The position numbers and the translations under genes were made by a program. Under the pieces are notes generated by a model. The model was not told the origin of the DNA and ran no database searches. It was given only the letters and a program-made list of their open reading frames with translations. This document shows, one piece after another, positions 19,059 to 28,883 of a stretch of 64,000 nucleotides of DNA (its first letter is position 1; every line of letters begins with the position of its first letter). Source of the DNA: an uncultured delta proteobacterium (lineage in GTDB: Bacteria; Desulfobacterota; Binatia; Binatales; Binataceae); the NCBI GenBank assembly GCA_963808235.1, contig CAWEEQ010000001.1:288001-352000 (forward strand), in the 5' to 3' direction.

Positions 19059-19211
19059 ATGACACTCAGTCTGCTTACAGCTTTTCTCGTGGCAAGCCTC
19101 GCCATCCTCGACGCGATGACTCATTTGATCGAAGTCCGCACCGATGACCAACGGCACGACCTTAAGCATCCCGGACGATCAAATGTCTCCGGCCGCATAG
19201 TCAGGAAGTGA
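19059..19211 (+). CDS. Putative 50-aa protein with hydrophobic N-terminus
   Basis: MTLSLLTAFLVASLAILDAM...; AAAAGG upstream; stops 8 bp before the ice-binding gene start. Confidence 0.3.
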   Translation: MTLSLLTAFLVASLAILDAMTHLIEVRTDDQRHDLKHPGRSNVSGRIVRK

Positions 19212-19219
19212 GAAAGGGA

Positions 19220-21525
19220 ATGAACTCTATGGCAACGAAACACACAGTCACGATGAAGCTCAAGGTCGTAGTTAGTAGGATATCGATCGTACTACTACTG
19301 CTACTGCTATGCGTTGGTGGACGCGCAGAGGCGCAAACGATCGAGGCTGCTGATGCGGCGTCGCAGAAGTATCTGAAGGTCGTTTCTTCGAATCCCGCCG
19401 CTGATGAAACCAACGTTTTTACTGATACGACGGTCCTGGTGACTTTCAACATTCAGTTGCGTTGTAAAACAGTCAACAAAAGCACCTTCAAGGTGTTCGG
19501 ACCGGACAAAACAACTCGGGTGGCTGGAACGCTAGCTTGCGACGGCGATTCCGTGACCTTTACGCCATCGGAAAATCTCGCGCCCGAAAGCAAGTATATT
19601 GTGAAGATCAGCTGCGACTTGACCGCCACCAATGGCCAGTATTTGAACACCACGCAGTTCTATTTCAGGACCGGTATGGGCGTCAGACCTCCGTTTACGC
19701 CCACTCCAACTCCGACACCCACTCCGACGCCAACTCCCACTCCAACTGCACACCGCAACTGCGACTGCCACCGCAACTGCGACTGCCACCGCAACTGCGA
19801 CTGCCACCACTACGGCTACGGCCACTACCACAGCAACCCCCACCGCCACTCCCACTGCAGTTGCTCCCACCGTGGTTTCGACTGATCCACCGATCCTCGG
19901 ATGCGGCGGACAAGGAATGCCGATCAATCAGAAGATCACCGCGACCTTTAGCGAAGCGATGAACTCCGCAACTATCCTCGCGCCCGGCACCTTCACGGTG
20001 ACAGGGCCTGGCGTGACTCCTGTACCAGGAATCGTCACCTACGATGCGACCAACAATATCGCGATCTTCGCGCCGACCGGAGGTAACTTCGCAGTCAGCA
20101 CCACCTTTACCGCCACAATCACCACCGCGGCGCAGAGCTTTCCGGGAGGCCTGCCGCTGGCGAGTAACTACACATGGAATTTCACGACTAGCTCGGGCAC
20201 AGATACGACCGCGCCATCGGTGACCATCACAAATCCCGCTGATACCGTCACCGGCGTGGCCACCAACCAGAAAATCACGGCTGCTTTCAACGAAGGGATG
20301 GACTCCACAACCATCAATGCTCTGACGTTTACCTTGACAGGTCCGGGACGCAACGCCCGTCCTGGGCACCGTGACTTACGCCACGATTGGAGCCACGGCG
20401 ACGTTCACGCCGAGCAGCGACTTGCTAACCGGCGTATTGTATACCGCGAGCATCACAACCGGAGCCCAGGATCTCGCAGGGAACCCGTTAGCGTTGGCAT
20501 TTACCTGGAGCTTCACCACCGGCGCCGGCCCTGACAGCGTCGCGCCGATGGTCGATTCGACGGTCCCAGCTAATGGTGCGTCAGACGTGTCTCTCACCAC
20601 GGGAATCAACGCGACTTTCAGCAAAGCGATGGATGTCGCAACTATCAACGCTTCGACCTTCCAGGTGACGGTAGCGCCCGGCGCGACCGTTGTAACAGGC
20701 AAAGTCACCTACGATTCGGCCGCGGATACCGCGACCTTTACTCCTGCCGCGCCGCTTGCGATTGGCGGCAGCTATACTGCGACGATTACAACCGGGGCCA
20801 CTGACTTGGAGGGCAATGCGCTCGCAAGTAACTTTGTATGGATCTTCCAAGCCGGTTCAAGTTCGGGACTCTCGCCGATAAACTTGGGTGCGGCCACCAA
20901 TTTCGCGGTCCTCGCTCAGGCCACGGTAACCAATGCCGTCAATGCCGGCGGAACAGTCGTAAACGGCGACCTTGGTCTCACCCCTGGTAGTTCAGTAACG
21001 GGCTTCCCGCCGGGAGTCGTGAACGGCACGATTCAGATCGACAACCCTCCCGCGGTCGCGGCGCTAGCCGACTTGATGACCGCCTACGGCGACGCCGCCG
21101 GGCTGTCTGGACCGACGATAATCGCGGAAAATCTGGCAAGTCTGCCGCTTCCTCTTCCGCCGGGACTCTACGCGTCAAGTGCCAACTCGTTCGAGATAAC
21201 CGGTGGGAATCTCGTGCTCGACGCACAAGGCGACCGAAATGCGGTCTGGGTTTTCCAGATGACTGCGTCCACCCTCACGTTAACCAGTCCAAGCTGCAAC
21301 GTTGTGCTCATTAACGGTGCGCAGGCTTCTAACATCTTCTGGCAGGTTGGCAGCTCAGCGACTATCGGAGCTGGCTGCATCCTTCAAGGAAACGTACTTG
21401 CCGACACCTCAATCTCGTTGGTGGCCGGTGCAACGTTGAACGGACGGGCGCTCGCTGGCGCCGTCGCTCCAAGTGGCGCCGTTACCATGGACTCCAACCA
21501 GGTGAATACGCCTGCCTGCAACTGA
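19220..21525 (+). CDS. Ice-binding protein: 4 Big_5/SbsA Ig-like domains + DUF3494 (two single-base frameshifts)
   Basis: Signal peptide; four P.V....P......V......I.ATF[SN] Ig repeats; PT/TA linker; DUF3494 motifs LGAATNFAVLA, VNGDLG.TPG, PGLY, LDAQGD.NAVWVFQ, NIFWQVGSSATIG, LNGRALA. Removing one C at ~19751 and one at ~20349 gives a single ~770-aa ORF. Confidence 0.88.
19697..19860 (+). repeat. Pro-Thr / Thr-Ala linker repeats, including 18-bp unit CACCGCAACTGCGACTGC x3
   Basis: Exact 18-bp units at 19751, 19769 and 19787, flanked by degenerate 6-bp repeats. Confidence 0.85.
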
Positions 21526-21532
21526 CTCTTGA

Positions 21533-21573
21533 TGGGCATCAAGCGGGCGTCCAAATGTCCCGCTTGATGCCCA
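21533..21573 (+). terminator. 15-bp perfect stem-loop after the ice-binding gene
   Basis: TGGGCATCAAGCGGG-11nt-CCCGCTTGATGCCCA; no clear U-tract. Confidence 0.6.
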
Positions 21574-21683
21574 CGCTTCGAAAATACCTGCGACTTCACG
21601 CCCGTCCAGTCCCAAGGGATTGCGAAAAATCGACCGCCGTACTAACGACGACTCTGGAATTGTCGTTTGCCGGAGTGTCGTTT

Positions 21684-22901
21684 ATGCCAACGGATGGAAT
21701 CTTATCGGGGATCAGGGTGATCGACTGCGGTACTTATATCGCCGGGCCCGCCTCGGCCACGGTGATGTCGGATTTTGGCGCGGAGGTTTTCAAGATCGAA
21801 CGCCCGCAGGGCGGAGATCTGTTCCGACTCTTTGCGGATTTGCCCGGCAGTCCAAAATCGGAACTGAACTATTGCTGGATACTCACCGGGCGAAACAAAA
21901 AAAGCGTCGCGCTCGATCTCGCCGATCCTGACGGACGCGAAGCTCTCATCCGGCTGGTCAAAACCGCCGATGTCTTCGTGACCAACTATCAAGCTCAACT
22001 CCTGGAGAAGTTTCGCCTGACCTGGGACGACTTGAGCGCAATCAACCCGCGCCTCATCTTCGCCCATATCACCGGCTACGGCGAAACTGGTGATGATGCG
22101 GACTTGCCTGCGTTCGACGCGCTCGCTTACTGGGCGCGTTCGGGTCTGATGACCAGCGTTACCGGGCGCGACGGAACGCCTTCGGGTCCGCGGCCGGGAA
22201 TCGGCGACCATCCGACCGCGATGGCGCTGTTCGGCGCGATCATGCTCGGACTGTACAACCGCGAACGCACTGGGCGCGGCTCGAAAGTTAACACTTCGCT
22301 GCTCGCGAGCGGCGCGTGGGCGCATGGATGCGATCTGCAGGCGCAGATGTTCGGCGCGGAATTTCCGCAACTGAAGGGACCTCATCCGATAAATCCGCTT
22401 TCATCGGGATATATAACGCGCGACGGAAAATTATTTCTGCTCGTGCAACTCGATCCCGAGCACGAATTTCCGCGCCTGTGCAAAATGCTCGGCGCGCCCG
22501 AGCTCGCCACCGATCCCATGTTTGCGACCGGCGAAAGCCGCACCGAGCACGCGGCCGAGCTATCCGCGATTCTGCAATCTCAATTCGAATCGAAGGATAT
22601 CGCGGATTGGCGAAAGGCGTTTCGGGAATACGATATAAAGTGGTCGTTACTGCCGATGATCGATGACGTCGTCGACGATCCGCAGATGCGCGCCGCCGGC
22701 GCGTTCGTCGAGCTCGAATATCCGGGGCATGGCACGATCGAGACGATCAACAGCCCCGTATTCGTGTCTGGGGCCGAGAAGCGAAAGCCCACAGCTGCGC
22801 CGGAAGTCGGGGCGCACACTCGCGAGGTCTTGCGTGAACTCGGATACGACGACGAATTGATCGACGCGATGGTGCGTCGCGGTATCGCCGCCTGCGCCTG
22901 A
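21684..22901 (+). CDS. Class III (CaiB/BaiF) CoA transferase
   Basis: LSGIRVID, IAGP, DFGAEVFKIE, RNKKSVALDL, GIGD catalytic Asp, APEVGAHT. Confidence 0.92.
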   Translation: MPTDGILSGIRVIDCGTYIAGPASATVMSDFGAEVFKIERPQGGDLFRLFADLPGSPKSELNYCWILTGRNKKSVALDLADPDGREALIRLVKTADVFVTNYQAQLLEKFRLTWDDLSAINPRLIFAHITGYGETGDDADLPAFDALAYWARSGLMTSVTGRDGTPSGPRPGIGDHPTAMALFGAIMLGLYNRERTGRGSKVNTSLLASGAWAHGCDLQAQMFGAEFPQLKGPHPINPLSSGYITRDGKLFLLVQLDPEHEFPRLCKMLGAPELATDPMFATGESRTEHAAELSAILQSQFESKDIADWRKAFREYDIKWSLLPMIDDVVDDPQMRAAGAFVELEYPGHGTIETINSPVFVSGAEKRKPTAAPEVGAHTREVLRELGYDDELIDAMVRRGIAACA

Positions 22902-22916
22902 CGACCAGACCGGCGG

Positions 22917-23784
22917 CTACACCTTGGTCGCGCGCTGAATCCAGTTGAGCAGGTCGTTCAAGACCTCGTCGCGGTTCGTTTCGTTCAGCATCTCGTGGCG
23001 ACCTTGCGGGTAATACTTCTCGGTGATGTTCCGCGATACCGGCCGCGCGATATCGCTCGGCCAACGGTTTCAGCCATTCGAGATTGTGATTAATCGGGTC
23101 CTTGTCGCCGGCAAAAATGTAGATCGGAAGATTTGAACGGATTTTCGACAGCTCAGCCGGATCGACCAATCGTCTTGCCGCCGCCGCCATCGTCTCCATA
23201 GCCCGTTTGTTAATTCCGAAACCGCAAAGCTTATCGGCGACGTACGCATCGACGATCGCGGGATCGCGGCTCAGCCAATCGTACGGAGTTCGTGCTGGTT
23301 CGAACGCCTGGTTGAACGCGGTCAAGTCGGCCTCTCTTGACGGATCTATCCCGAGCTTATCGACTGACGCCGAGCCCGATAGCACCAAGCCCGCGATAGC
23401 CGCGCTGTTGTCGAGTACATATTGCTGCGCGGCGAACGATCCCATGCTGTGGCCGAGCAGGATCACTGGCAGGCCGCCTTCACGCGTGCGCGCGAGCTTC
23501 GTCACCATCACAAGATCAGCGACCAGCCCGTTCCAGCCGAGCGCGCCAAAGTCGCCGAGTGATTCGACGCCCTTGGCCGTGCGTCCGTGCCCTCGATGGT
23601 CGCTCGCGTAGACATGGTATCCCGCTCGATTCAGAAATTCGGCGACGTGCGCATAGCGGAGCGCGTGCTCACCCATGCCATGAGCAATTTGGACGATTCC
23701 CGCCGCGCGCGACGGCGCCCGCCATCTATAGTAGGCAACTTCCAGTCCGTCACTGCTCGAAAAGGAAAAGTCCTCGCGGCTCAT
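22917..23784 (-). CDS. Alpha/beta hydrolase (lysophospholipase/Hydrolase_4), one frameshift at ~23031
   Basis: HGMGEH, DHRGHG, GHSMG nucleophile, GDKDP; the C-terminus YYPQGRHEMLNE...WIQRATKV* lies in the shifted frame. Confidence 0.88.
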
Positions 23785-23901
23785 AAGAGTATCGCTCCGG
23801 TTTCTGAAGTTACTTCGACCTCGGTCGTGCGATCAAATGCTCGCGTAAGGCGTCGCGCGAGTCTTTTGCGGTCGCATCGAGAATCGCGATAGTAATAGCT
23901 G

Positions 23902-24312
23902 ATGCCGACGAGGAAACACCCGACAAAAGATCCGACATACCAGGCGGGACTGGCGGTTCGGCGTCGCGTCCTCGGCGAGGCGCATGTAAAGCGTTCGTTG
24001 GAAAATGCCACCGCGTTCGACAGAGATTTTCAGGAATTGGTGACCCGTCACGCATGGGGCGACATCTGGACGCGACCTGGCCTCGATCATAGAACGCGCA
24101 GCCTCATTACGATTGCGATACTCGCGACGCTCGGCCGGAATGAGGAGCTCGATTTGCACGTGCGCGCAACGCGTAACACCGGCGCTACTCCCGATGAGAT
24201 AAAGGAAGTCTTGATGCAGGTCGCAATCTACGCGGGTGTGCCGGCGGCCAACTCCGCATTCCGAATTGCAAAAGCGGCGCTCGCAGAAATTGCAAAGGAA
24301 GATCCGAGATGA
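23902..24312 (+). CDS. pcaC: 4-carboxymuconolactone decarboxylase
   Basis: GLAVRRRVLGEAHV, AWGDIWTRPGLD, IYAGVPAAN; first gene of the pca operon. Confidence 0.93.
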   Translation: MPTRKHPTKDPTYQAGLAVRRRVLGEAHVKRSLENATAFDRDFQELVTRHAWGDIWTRPGLDHRTRSLITIAILATLGRNEELDLHVRATRNTGATPDEIKEVLMQVAIYAGVPAANSAFRIAKAALAEIAKEDPR

Positions 24313-25014
24313 GCACGCCGGTCGGCTATCGGCGCGCGTCGGCCGGTGTTGATCCGCCGCTGCGATCATCGCGCATATGCGAGCACTCACAAACGAGCGC
24401 CGCGGCATCAACCAATAAAAATAGAACACACGCTGTCCGAGATCACCGGACCGCGATTTGCGCGCGACACCTTAAGCCGGGGCGACGACGACTTGACCCT
24501 CTTTGCCGGAGGCGAAGCGCTCGGCGAACGTATAATCGTGACGGGACGCGTGCTCGACGAAGACGGCCGCGCGATTTCAGAGAGTCTCATCGAGATTTGG
24601 CAGGCAAACGCGGCGGGTCGCTATGCTCATGACAGCGACCAACACGAAGCACCGCTCGATCCGCATTTCTCCGGAATCGGCAAAGTGATGACCGACGAGC
24701 ACGGAGCATATCGCTTTCTGACTGTGAAGCCCGGCGCATATCCGTGGCGCAATCACTACAATGCGTGGCGGCCGCAGCATATTCATTTCAGTCTCTTCGG
24801 ACCGGGCTTTGCGACCCGGCTCATTACGCAAATGTATTTCCCCGGCGATCCTCTGCTTGCGCTCGACCCAATCTTCAACAGCATTCCCGACGCGGCCGCG
24901 CGACAGCGCCTGGTAGCCGCATTTGATATTGAAGTTACTATTCCCGAGCATGCACTCGGATATCGTTTTGACTTGGTGTTGCGAGGACGCGAAGCAACTC
25001 CGGCGCAAAGTTGA
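24309..25014 (+). CDS. pcaH: Protocatechuate 3,4-dioxygenase beta subunit (single-C insertion at ~24363)
   Basis: TLSEITGP, GERIIVTGRVLD, WQANAAGRY, PGAYPWRN, WRPQHIHFS Fe ligands, TQMYFPGDP. Confidence 0.93.
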
Positions 25015-25023
25015 AAAGCTGAA

Positions 25024-25596
25024 ATGTCCCGGTCGCAAACGCCATCGCAGACAATTGGCCCGTTTTTCAAGTCGTCGCTAATCAGATCGGGCGCTGCGAG
25101 CCTTGCACGACCCGGAACACGTGGCGAGCGGATGGTGATCTTCGGACACGTTCTGGACGGTGACGGAGCGCCGGTCGACGATGCGATGGTGGAAATCTGG
25201 CAGGCGAATGCCGATGGTCGATATGATCATCCTGAAGACCTGCAGGAGAAGCTCGTCGACCCCCACTTCCATGGATTCGGTCGTGCCGCTACCGACCAGC
25301 ATGGCTGTTTCCGATTCGACACGATCAAGCCCGGCCGGCTTCCGGGAGTTGGCGATGTACTGCAAGCGCCGCACATCAATGTTTCAGTTTTTGCGCGCGG
25401 TCTCCTGAAACGGCTCGCAACCCGAATCTATTTTCCCGGCGAACCGTCGAACTCTACCGATGCCGTCTTGAATGCCGTACCGATTGCGCGTCGTTCAACG
25501 CTGATAGCGAGCCTCGAGAGCACGTCTGCGCAGCTGATGTTGAGATTCGACATAGTGTTGCAAGGCGAGAACGAGACCGTATTTTTCGACGTCTGA
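25024..25596 (+). CDS. pcaG: Protocatechuate 3,4-dioxygenase alpha subunit
   Basis: TPSQTIGPF, EIWQANADG, QAPHINVSVFARGLL, LQGENETVFFDV. Confidence 0.95.
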   Translation: MSRSQTPSQTIGPFFKSSLIRSGAASLARPGTRGERMVIFGHVLDGDGAPVDDAMVEIWQANADGRYDHPEDLQEKLVDPHFHGFGRAATDQHGCFRFDTIKPGRLPGVGDVLQAPHINVSVFARGLLKRLATRIYFPGEPSNSTDAVLNAVPIARRSTLIASLESTSAQLMLRFDIVLQGENETVFFDV

Positions 25597-25613
25597 ATTC
25601 GCGGAGCGACAGC

Positions 25614-26969
25614 ATGAGCATCAATCCTGCGGACTCTGCGATCTTTGGCGCGCTCTACGGCACGGACGAAATCCGGGAGCTCTTTTCGGATCGAACTCAT
25701 CTTCAATTTATGCTCGACGTTGAAGCTGCATTGGCGCGCGCTGAGGCGAAGCTGGGCTTGGTCCCTGCGGCGGTGGCGAAAGCGATTACCGACTCCGCAC
25801 GTGTGGAAAATCTTCAGCTCGATTACGTAGCCGACAGTACTCGGCGAGTCGGCTATCCGGTCGCGGCCATCGTCAAAGAACTTGGCCGAGTGGCAGGCGC
25901 TGAAGCGGCCCGATTCATCCATCTTGGTGCAACGACTCAGGATATTTTGGACACCGCGATCGTCCTGCAACTCCGCAGCGCCTTCGCCATCCTGCGCCGC
26001 GATATACTGGCGCTGGCGCGAAGTCTTGCGACGCGCGCCGTTCGTTATCGTGACACCCCGATGGCGGGGCGGACCCATCTGCAGCACGCGGTTCCCATTA
26101 CATTTGGTTTCAAGTGCGCGGTATGGGCATCACCGCTAATCGCGCATATAGAACGTTTGGACCAGGCGGCGCGGAGAATTCTCGTCGTGCAATTCGGCGG
26201 CGCGGCCGGCACGCTTGCGGCGCTCGGCGCGAACGGAGCTGGGGTTGTCGAAGGGCTCGCGCAGGAACTCGCACTCGGCGTTCCGGTTATCGCGTGGCAC
26301 GCTCAGCGCGATCGTTTCGCCGAGATGAGCACGCTACTCGGTCTCGTTTGCGGAAGCTTGTCGAAATTCGCTTTCGACGTATCTCTAATGATGCAGACTG
26401 AGGTCGCTGAAATATCGGAGCCGCACGAAGACGGTCGCGGTGGCTCGACGACGATGCCGCAAAAGCGCAATCCGATTGCGAGCGAGTACATCCTGGCCGC
26501 TAAGCGTGCAGTGCACGCACTGGTCCCGGTCATGCTCGGCGCGATGACCTCGGACCACGAGCGCTCGACCGGTCCTTGGCAGACCGAGGCGCTCGCGTTG
26601 CCGCAATGCGTCGCGCTGACCGCCGGCGCATTGAGTCATGCTCTTACGATTGACGAAGGGATGACCGTTGATGTCGAGCGGATGCGTCGCAACCTCGATC
26701 TAACCGATGGATTGATCATGGCCGAGTCGGTAACGACCGCGCTGATTCCCGCTATCGGCCGTGCCGCGGCGGAGACGGCAGTTGCGCAAGCGTGCAATCG
26801 GGCCATCGAGAATCGCACTTCGCTCGCGGCTGCGTTACGCGACGATCCCGAATTGCGGCCGTTTCTGACAGACACCGAGATCGAACGGCTGATGGACCCG
26901 TCAACGTACCTCGGATCAGCGGGCACATTCGTGGACAGGGTTGTCACACAGATCACCTCGATCACGTAG
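25614..26969 (+). CDS. pcaB: 3-carboxy-cis,cis-muconate cycloisomerase
   Basis: HLGATTQDILDT, GRTHLQHAVP, QFGGAAGTL, GGSTTMPQKRNP fumarase/ASL signature; follows pcaG. Confidence 0.88.
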   Translation: MSINPADSAIFGALYGTDEIRELFSDRTHLQFMLDVEAALARAEAKLGLVPAAVAKAITDSARVENLQLDYVADSTRRVGYPVAAIVKELGRVAGAEAARFIHLGATTQDILDTAIVLQLRSAFAILRRDILALARSLATRAVRYRDTPMAGRTHLQHAVPITFGFKCAVWASPLIAHIERLDQAARRILVVQFGGAAGTLAALGANGAGVVEGLAQELALGVPVIAWHAQRDRFAEMSTLLGLVCGSLSKFAFDVSLMMQTEVAEISEPHEDGRGGSTTMPQKRNPIASEYILAAKRAVHALVPVMLGAMTSDHERSTGPWQTEALALPQCVALTAGALSHALTIDEGMTVDVERMRRNLDLTDGLIMAESVTTALIPAIGRAAAETAVAQACNRAIENRTSLAAALRDDPELRPFLTDTEIERLMDPSTYLGSAGTFVDRVVTQITSIT

Positions 26970-26998
26970 GCGAGTCAGCAACTGTCATGGAGGTTGCA

Positions 26999-28129
26999 AT
27001 GCCAACCGCACCGCACAATCCTCCGTTTCGCGCCGACCACGTAGGAAGTTTGCTGCGGCCGCCCGAATTGCTGAAAGCGCGCGCAGAACGCGCGAGCGGC
27101 AGGATCTCCGCCGGCGAATTGCGCACGGTCGAGGATGCGGCAATTCGTGAGGTTGTGGCCTTCCAGGAGGAGGTCGGCCTTCAATCGATCACCGACGGCG
27201 AGTACCGGCGCGAGATCTTCTACTCAGACTTCTACTTTCGAGGCTTGGGCGGCGGAACCGTCGCCTACGATCAGTCGTCGATCGACGAAGTGTATTTCAT
27301 CGACCGCGAGGGCCATAAACTTCCACTGCTTGTCCCCAACGTGAAGGCGCGGATGCGCTGGCATGGTCCTATCCATGTGGATGATTTTAATTTTCTTCGC
27401 ACCGCGACTTCGCGTATGCCGAAGATCACCATTCCGTCGCCGACCATCATTCACTTTCGCGCCGGCCGGCAAAATATCAGCAAGGAAGCGTACCCTGATA
27501 TCGATCTTTTCTGGAACGATATCGTTGACGCGTTCCATTGCGAGCTGAAGGTGCTCGCCGAGGCCGGATGCCGATACGTTCAAATCGACGAGACCACGCT
27601 TGCCTCGCTAAGCGATAAGCGAATCTGGGAGCCGATCCGCAAGCGCGGTGACGACGCGCGCAAACTACTGCTCGAAACCTACCCCGGCATCATGAACCGC
27701 GCGTTTGCCGGACGCCCCGCGACGCTTCATCTTGCGATGCACATCTGCCGCGGCAACAATCAGAGTCACTGGAGCGCCGAGGGCGGCTACGATCTCGTCG
27801 CGGATACACTTTTCAACAAGATCGACGTTGATTCGTATTTCCTCGAATACGACACGCCGCGTGCAGGATCATTTGAACCGCTGCGTCTGGTGCCGAAGCA
27901 CAAGACCGTGGTGCTGGGCCTGGTCTCGAGCAAGTTTCCGGAACTGGAATCGAAAGAAGCGCTGAAGCGCCGGATCGACGAAGCGTCCAAATTCATCGAC
28001 CTTGAGCAACTCTCGATAAGCCCGCAATGCGGGTTCGCGAGCACCGCGCCCGGCAATCGAATTTCAGTTGCGGATCAGCGCGCAAAGCTACGACTCGTGG
28101 TCGAGGTCGCGAAGGAAGTCTGGGGCTAG
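26999..28129 (+). CDS. Single-barrel cobalamin-independent methionine synthase-like protein (YxjH/Meth_synt_2)
   Basis: RADHVGSLLRP, TDGEYRR, Zn ligands HICRGN, LEYD and SPQCGF. Confidence 0.9.
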   Translation: MPTAPHNPPFRADHVGSLLRPPELLKARAERASGRISAGELRTVEDAAIREVVAFQEEVGLQSITDGEYRREIFYSDFYFRGLGGGTVAYDQSSIDEVYFIDREGHKLPLLVPNVKARMRWHGPIHVDDFNFLRTATSRMPKITIPSPTIIHFRAGRQNISKEAYPDIDLFWNDIVDAFHCELKVLAEAGCRYVQIDETTLASLSDKRIWEPIRKRGDDARKLLLETYPGIMNRAFAGRPATLHLAMHICRGNNQSHWSAEGGYDLVADTLFNKIDVDSYFLEYDTPRAGSFEPLRLVPKHKTVVLGLVSSKFPELESKEALKRRIDEASKFIDLEQLSISPQCGFASTAPGNRISVADQRAKLRLVVEVAKEVWG

Positions 28130-28133
28130 CGCC

Positions 28134-28865
28134 TCACAATAGATGTCGTCCGCCGTCGACGCGGATGCACTCGCCGGTGATGAAATCGGTATCGACGAGA
28201 AACAGCACAGCCTTCGCGATTTCCTCGGCACCGCCCCATCTGGCTAGCGGAGTCGCTTCGATCGCCTTGGCGCTTTCTTCGGGGGTTAGATCCGGAGGCG
28301 CCAGGATAGGACCAGGAGCGATCGCGTTAACGAGAATGTCAGGCGCAAATTCCAGCGCGAGGCTTTGAGTAAGCGCGGTGACGGCGGCTTTCGACGTGAA
28401 GTACGGGGCGTAACCCTTGTAATGCGGCCGGCCACTTGCGGGCAGCCAGTCGCTGAAGTTCACGATTCGTCCGCCGCCACGTTTTTTCATGATCGGCGCC
28501 GCATGCGTCGAGAACAAGAAAGCGCTTTTCGCGTTCGAATCGAGCGCAGCAGACCAGTCAGACGCATTGGGATTCGGCGTCTTCACATAAATGGACGCAA
28601 GGTTGATCAGAATATCGAGACGGCCGAGCGACTTCTCTGTTTCCAGTATCGACGTACGGACTTGCGAGTCGTCAATCGCGTCCGCGCGCAGCACCACCGC
28701 CTTCACGCCCGCTGCCCTTGCCGCAGAAGCGCTCGCTTCGGCCGAATCGCGCGAGTTTCGATATGTCAGTGCGAGTGAGCATCCACGAGCAGCGAGCGCA
28801 TCCGCGACGACTTGGCCGATACGCGCGCCGCCCGTGATCAGCGCTACTTTACCTCTGGGATCCAT
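28134..28865 (-). CDS. SDR oxidoreductase, pteridine reductase/FolM-like
   Basis: TGGARIG, YFTSK (YxxxK), VNAIAPGPIL, FITGECIRVDGGR. Confidence 0.85.
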   Translation of the reverse strand: MDPRGKVALITGGARIGQVVADALAARGCSLALTYRNSRDSAEASASAARAAGVKAVVLRADAIDDSQVRTSILETEKSLGRLDILINLASIYVKTPNPNASDWSAALDSNAKSAFLFSTHAAPIMKKRGGGRIVNFSDWLPASGRPHYKGYAPYFTSKAAVTALTQSLALEFAPDILVNAIAPGPILAPPDLTPEESAKAIEATPLARWGGAEEIAKAVLFLVDTDFITGECIRVDGGRHLL

Positions 28866-28883
28866 GTTTCTTCTCGATGACGG

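Noticed and set aside
19745-19885. Metallothionein-like (HRNCDC)n tail in ORF 19208-19885
   Set aside because: It is an out-of-frame reading of the Thr-Ala linker after a single-base insertion; the corrected frame continues into Ig domains.
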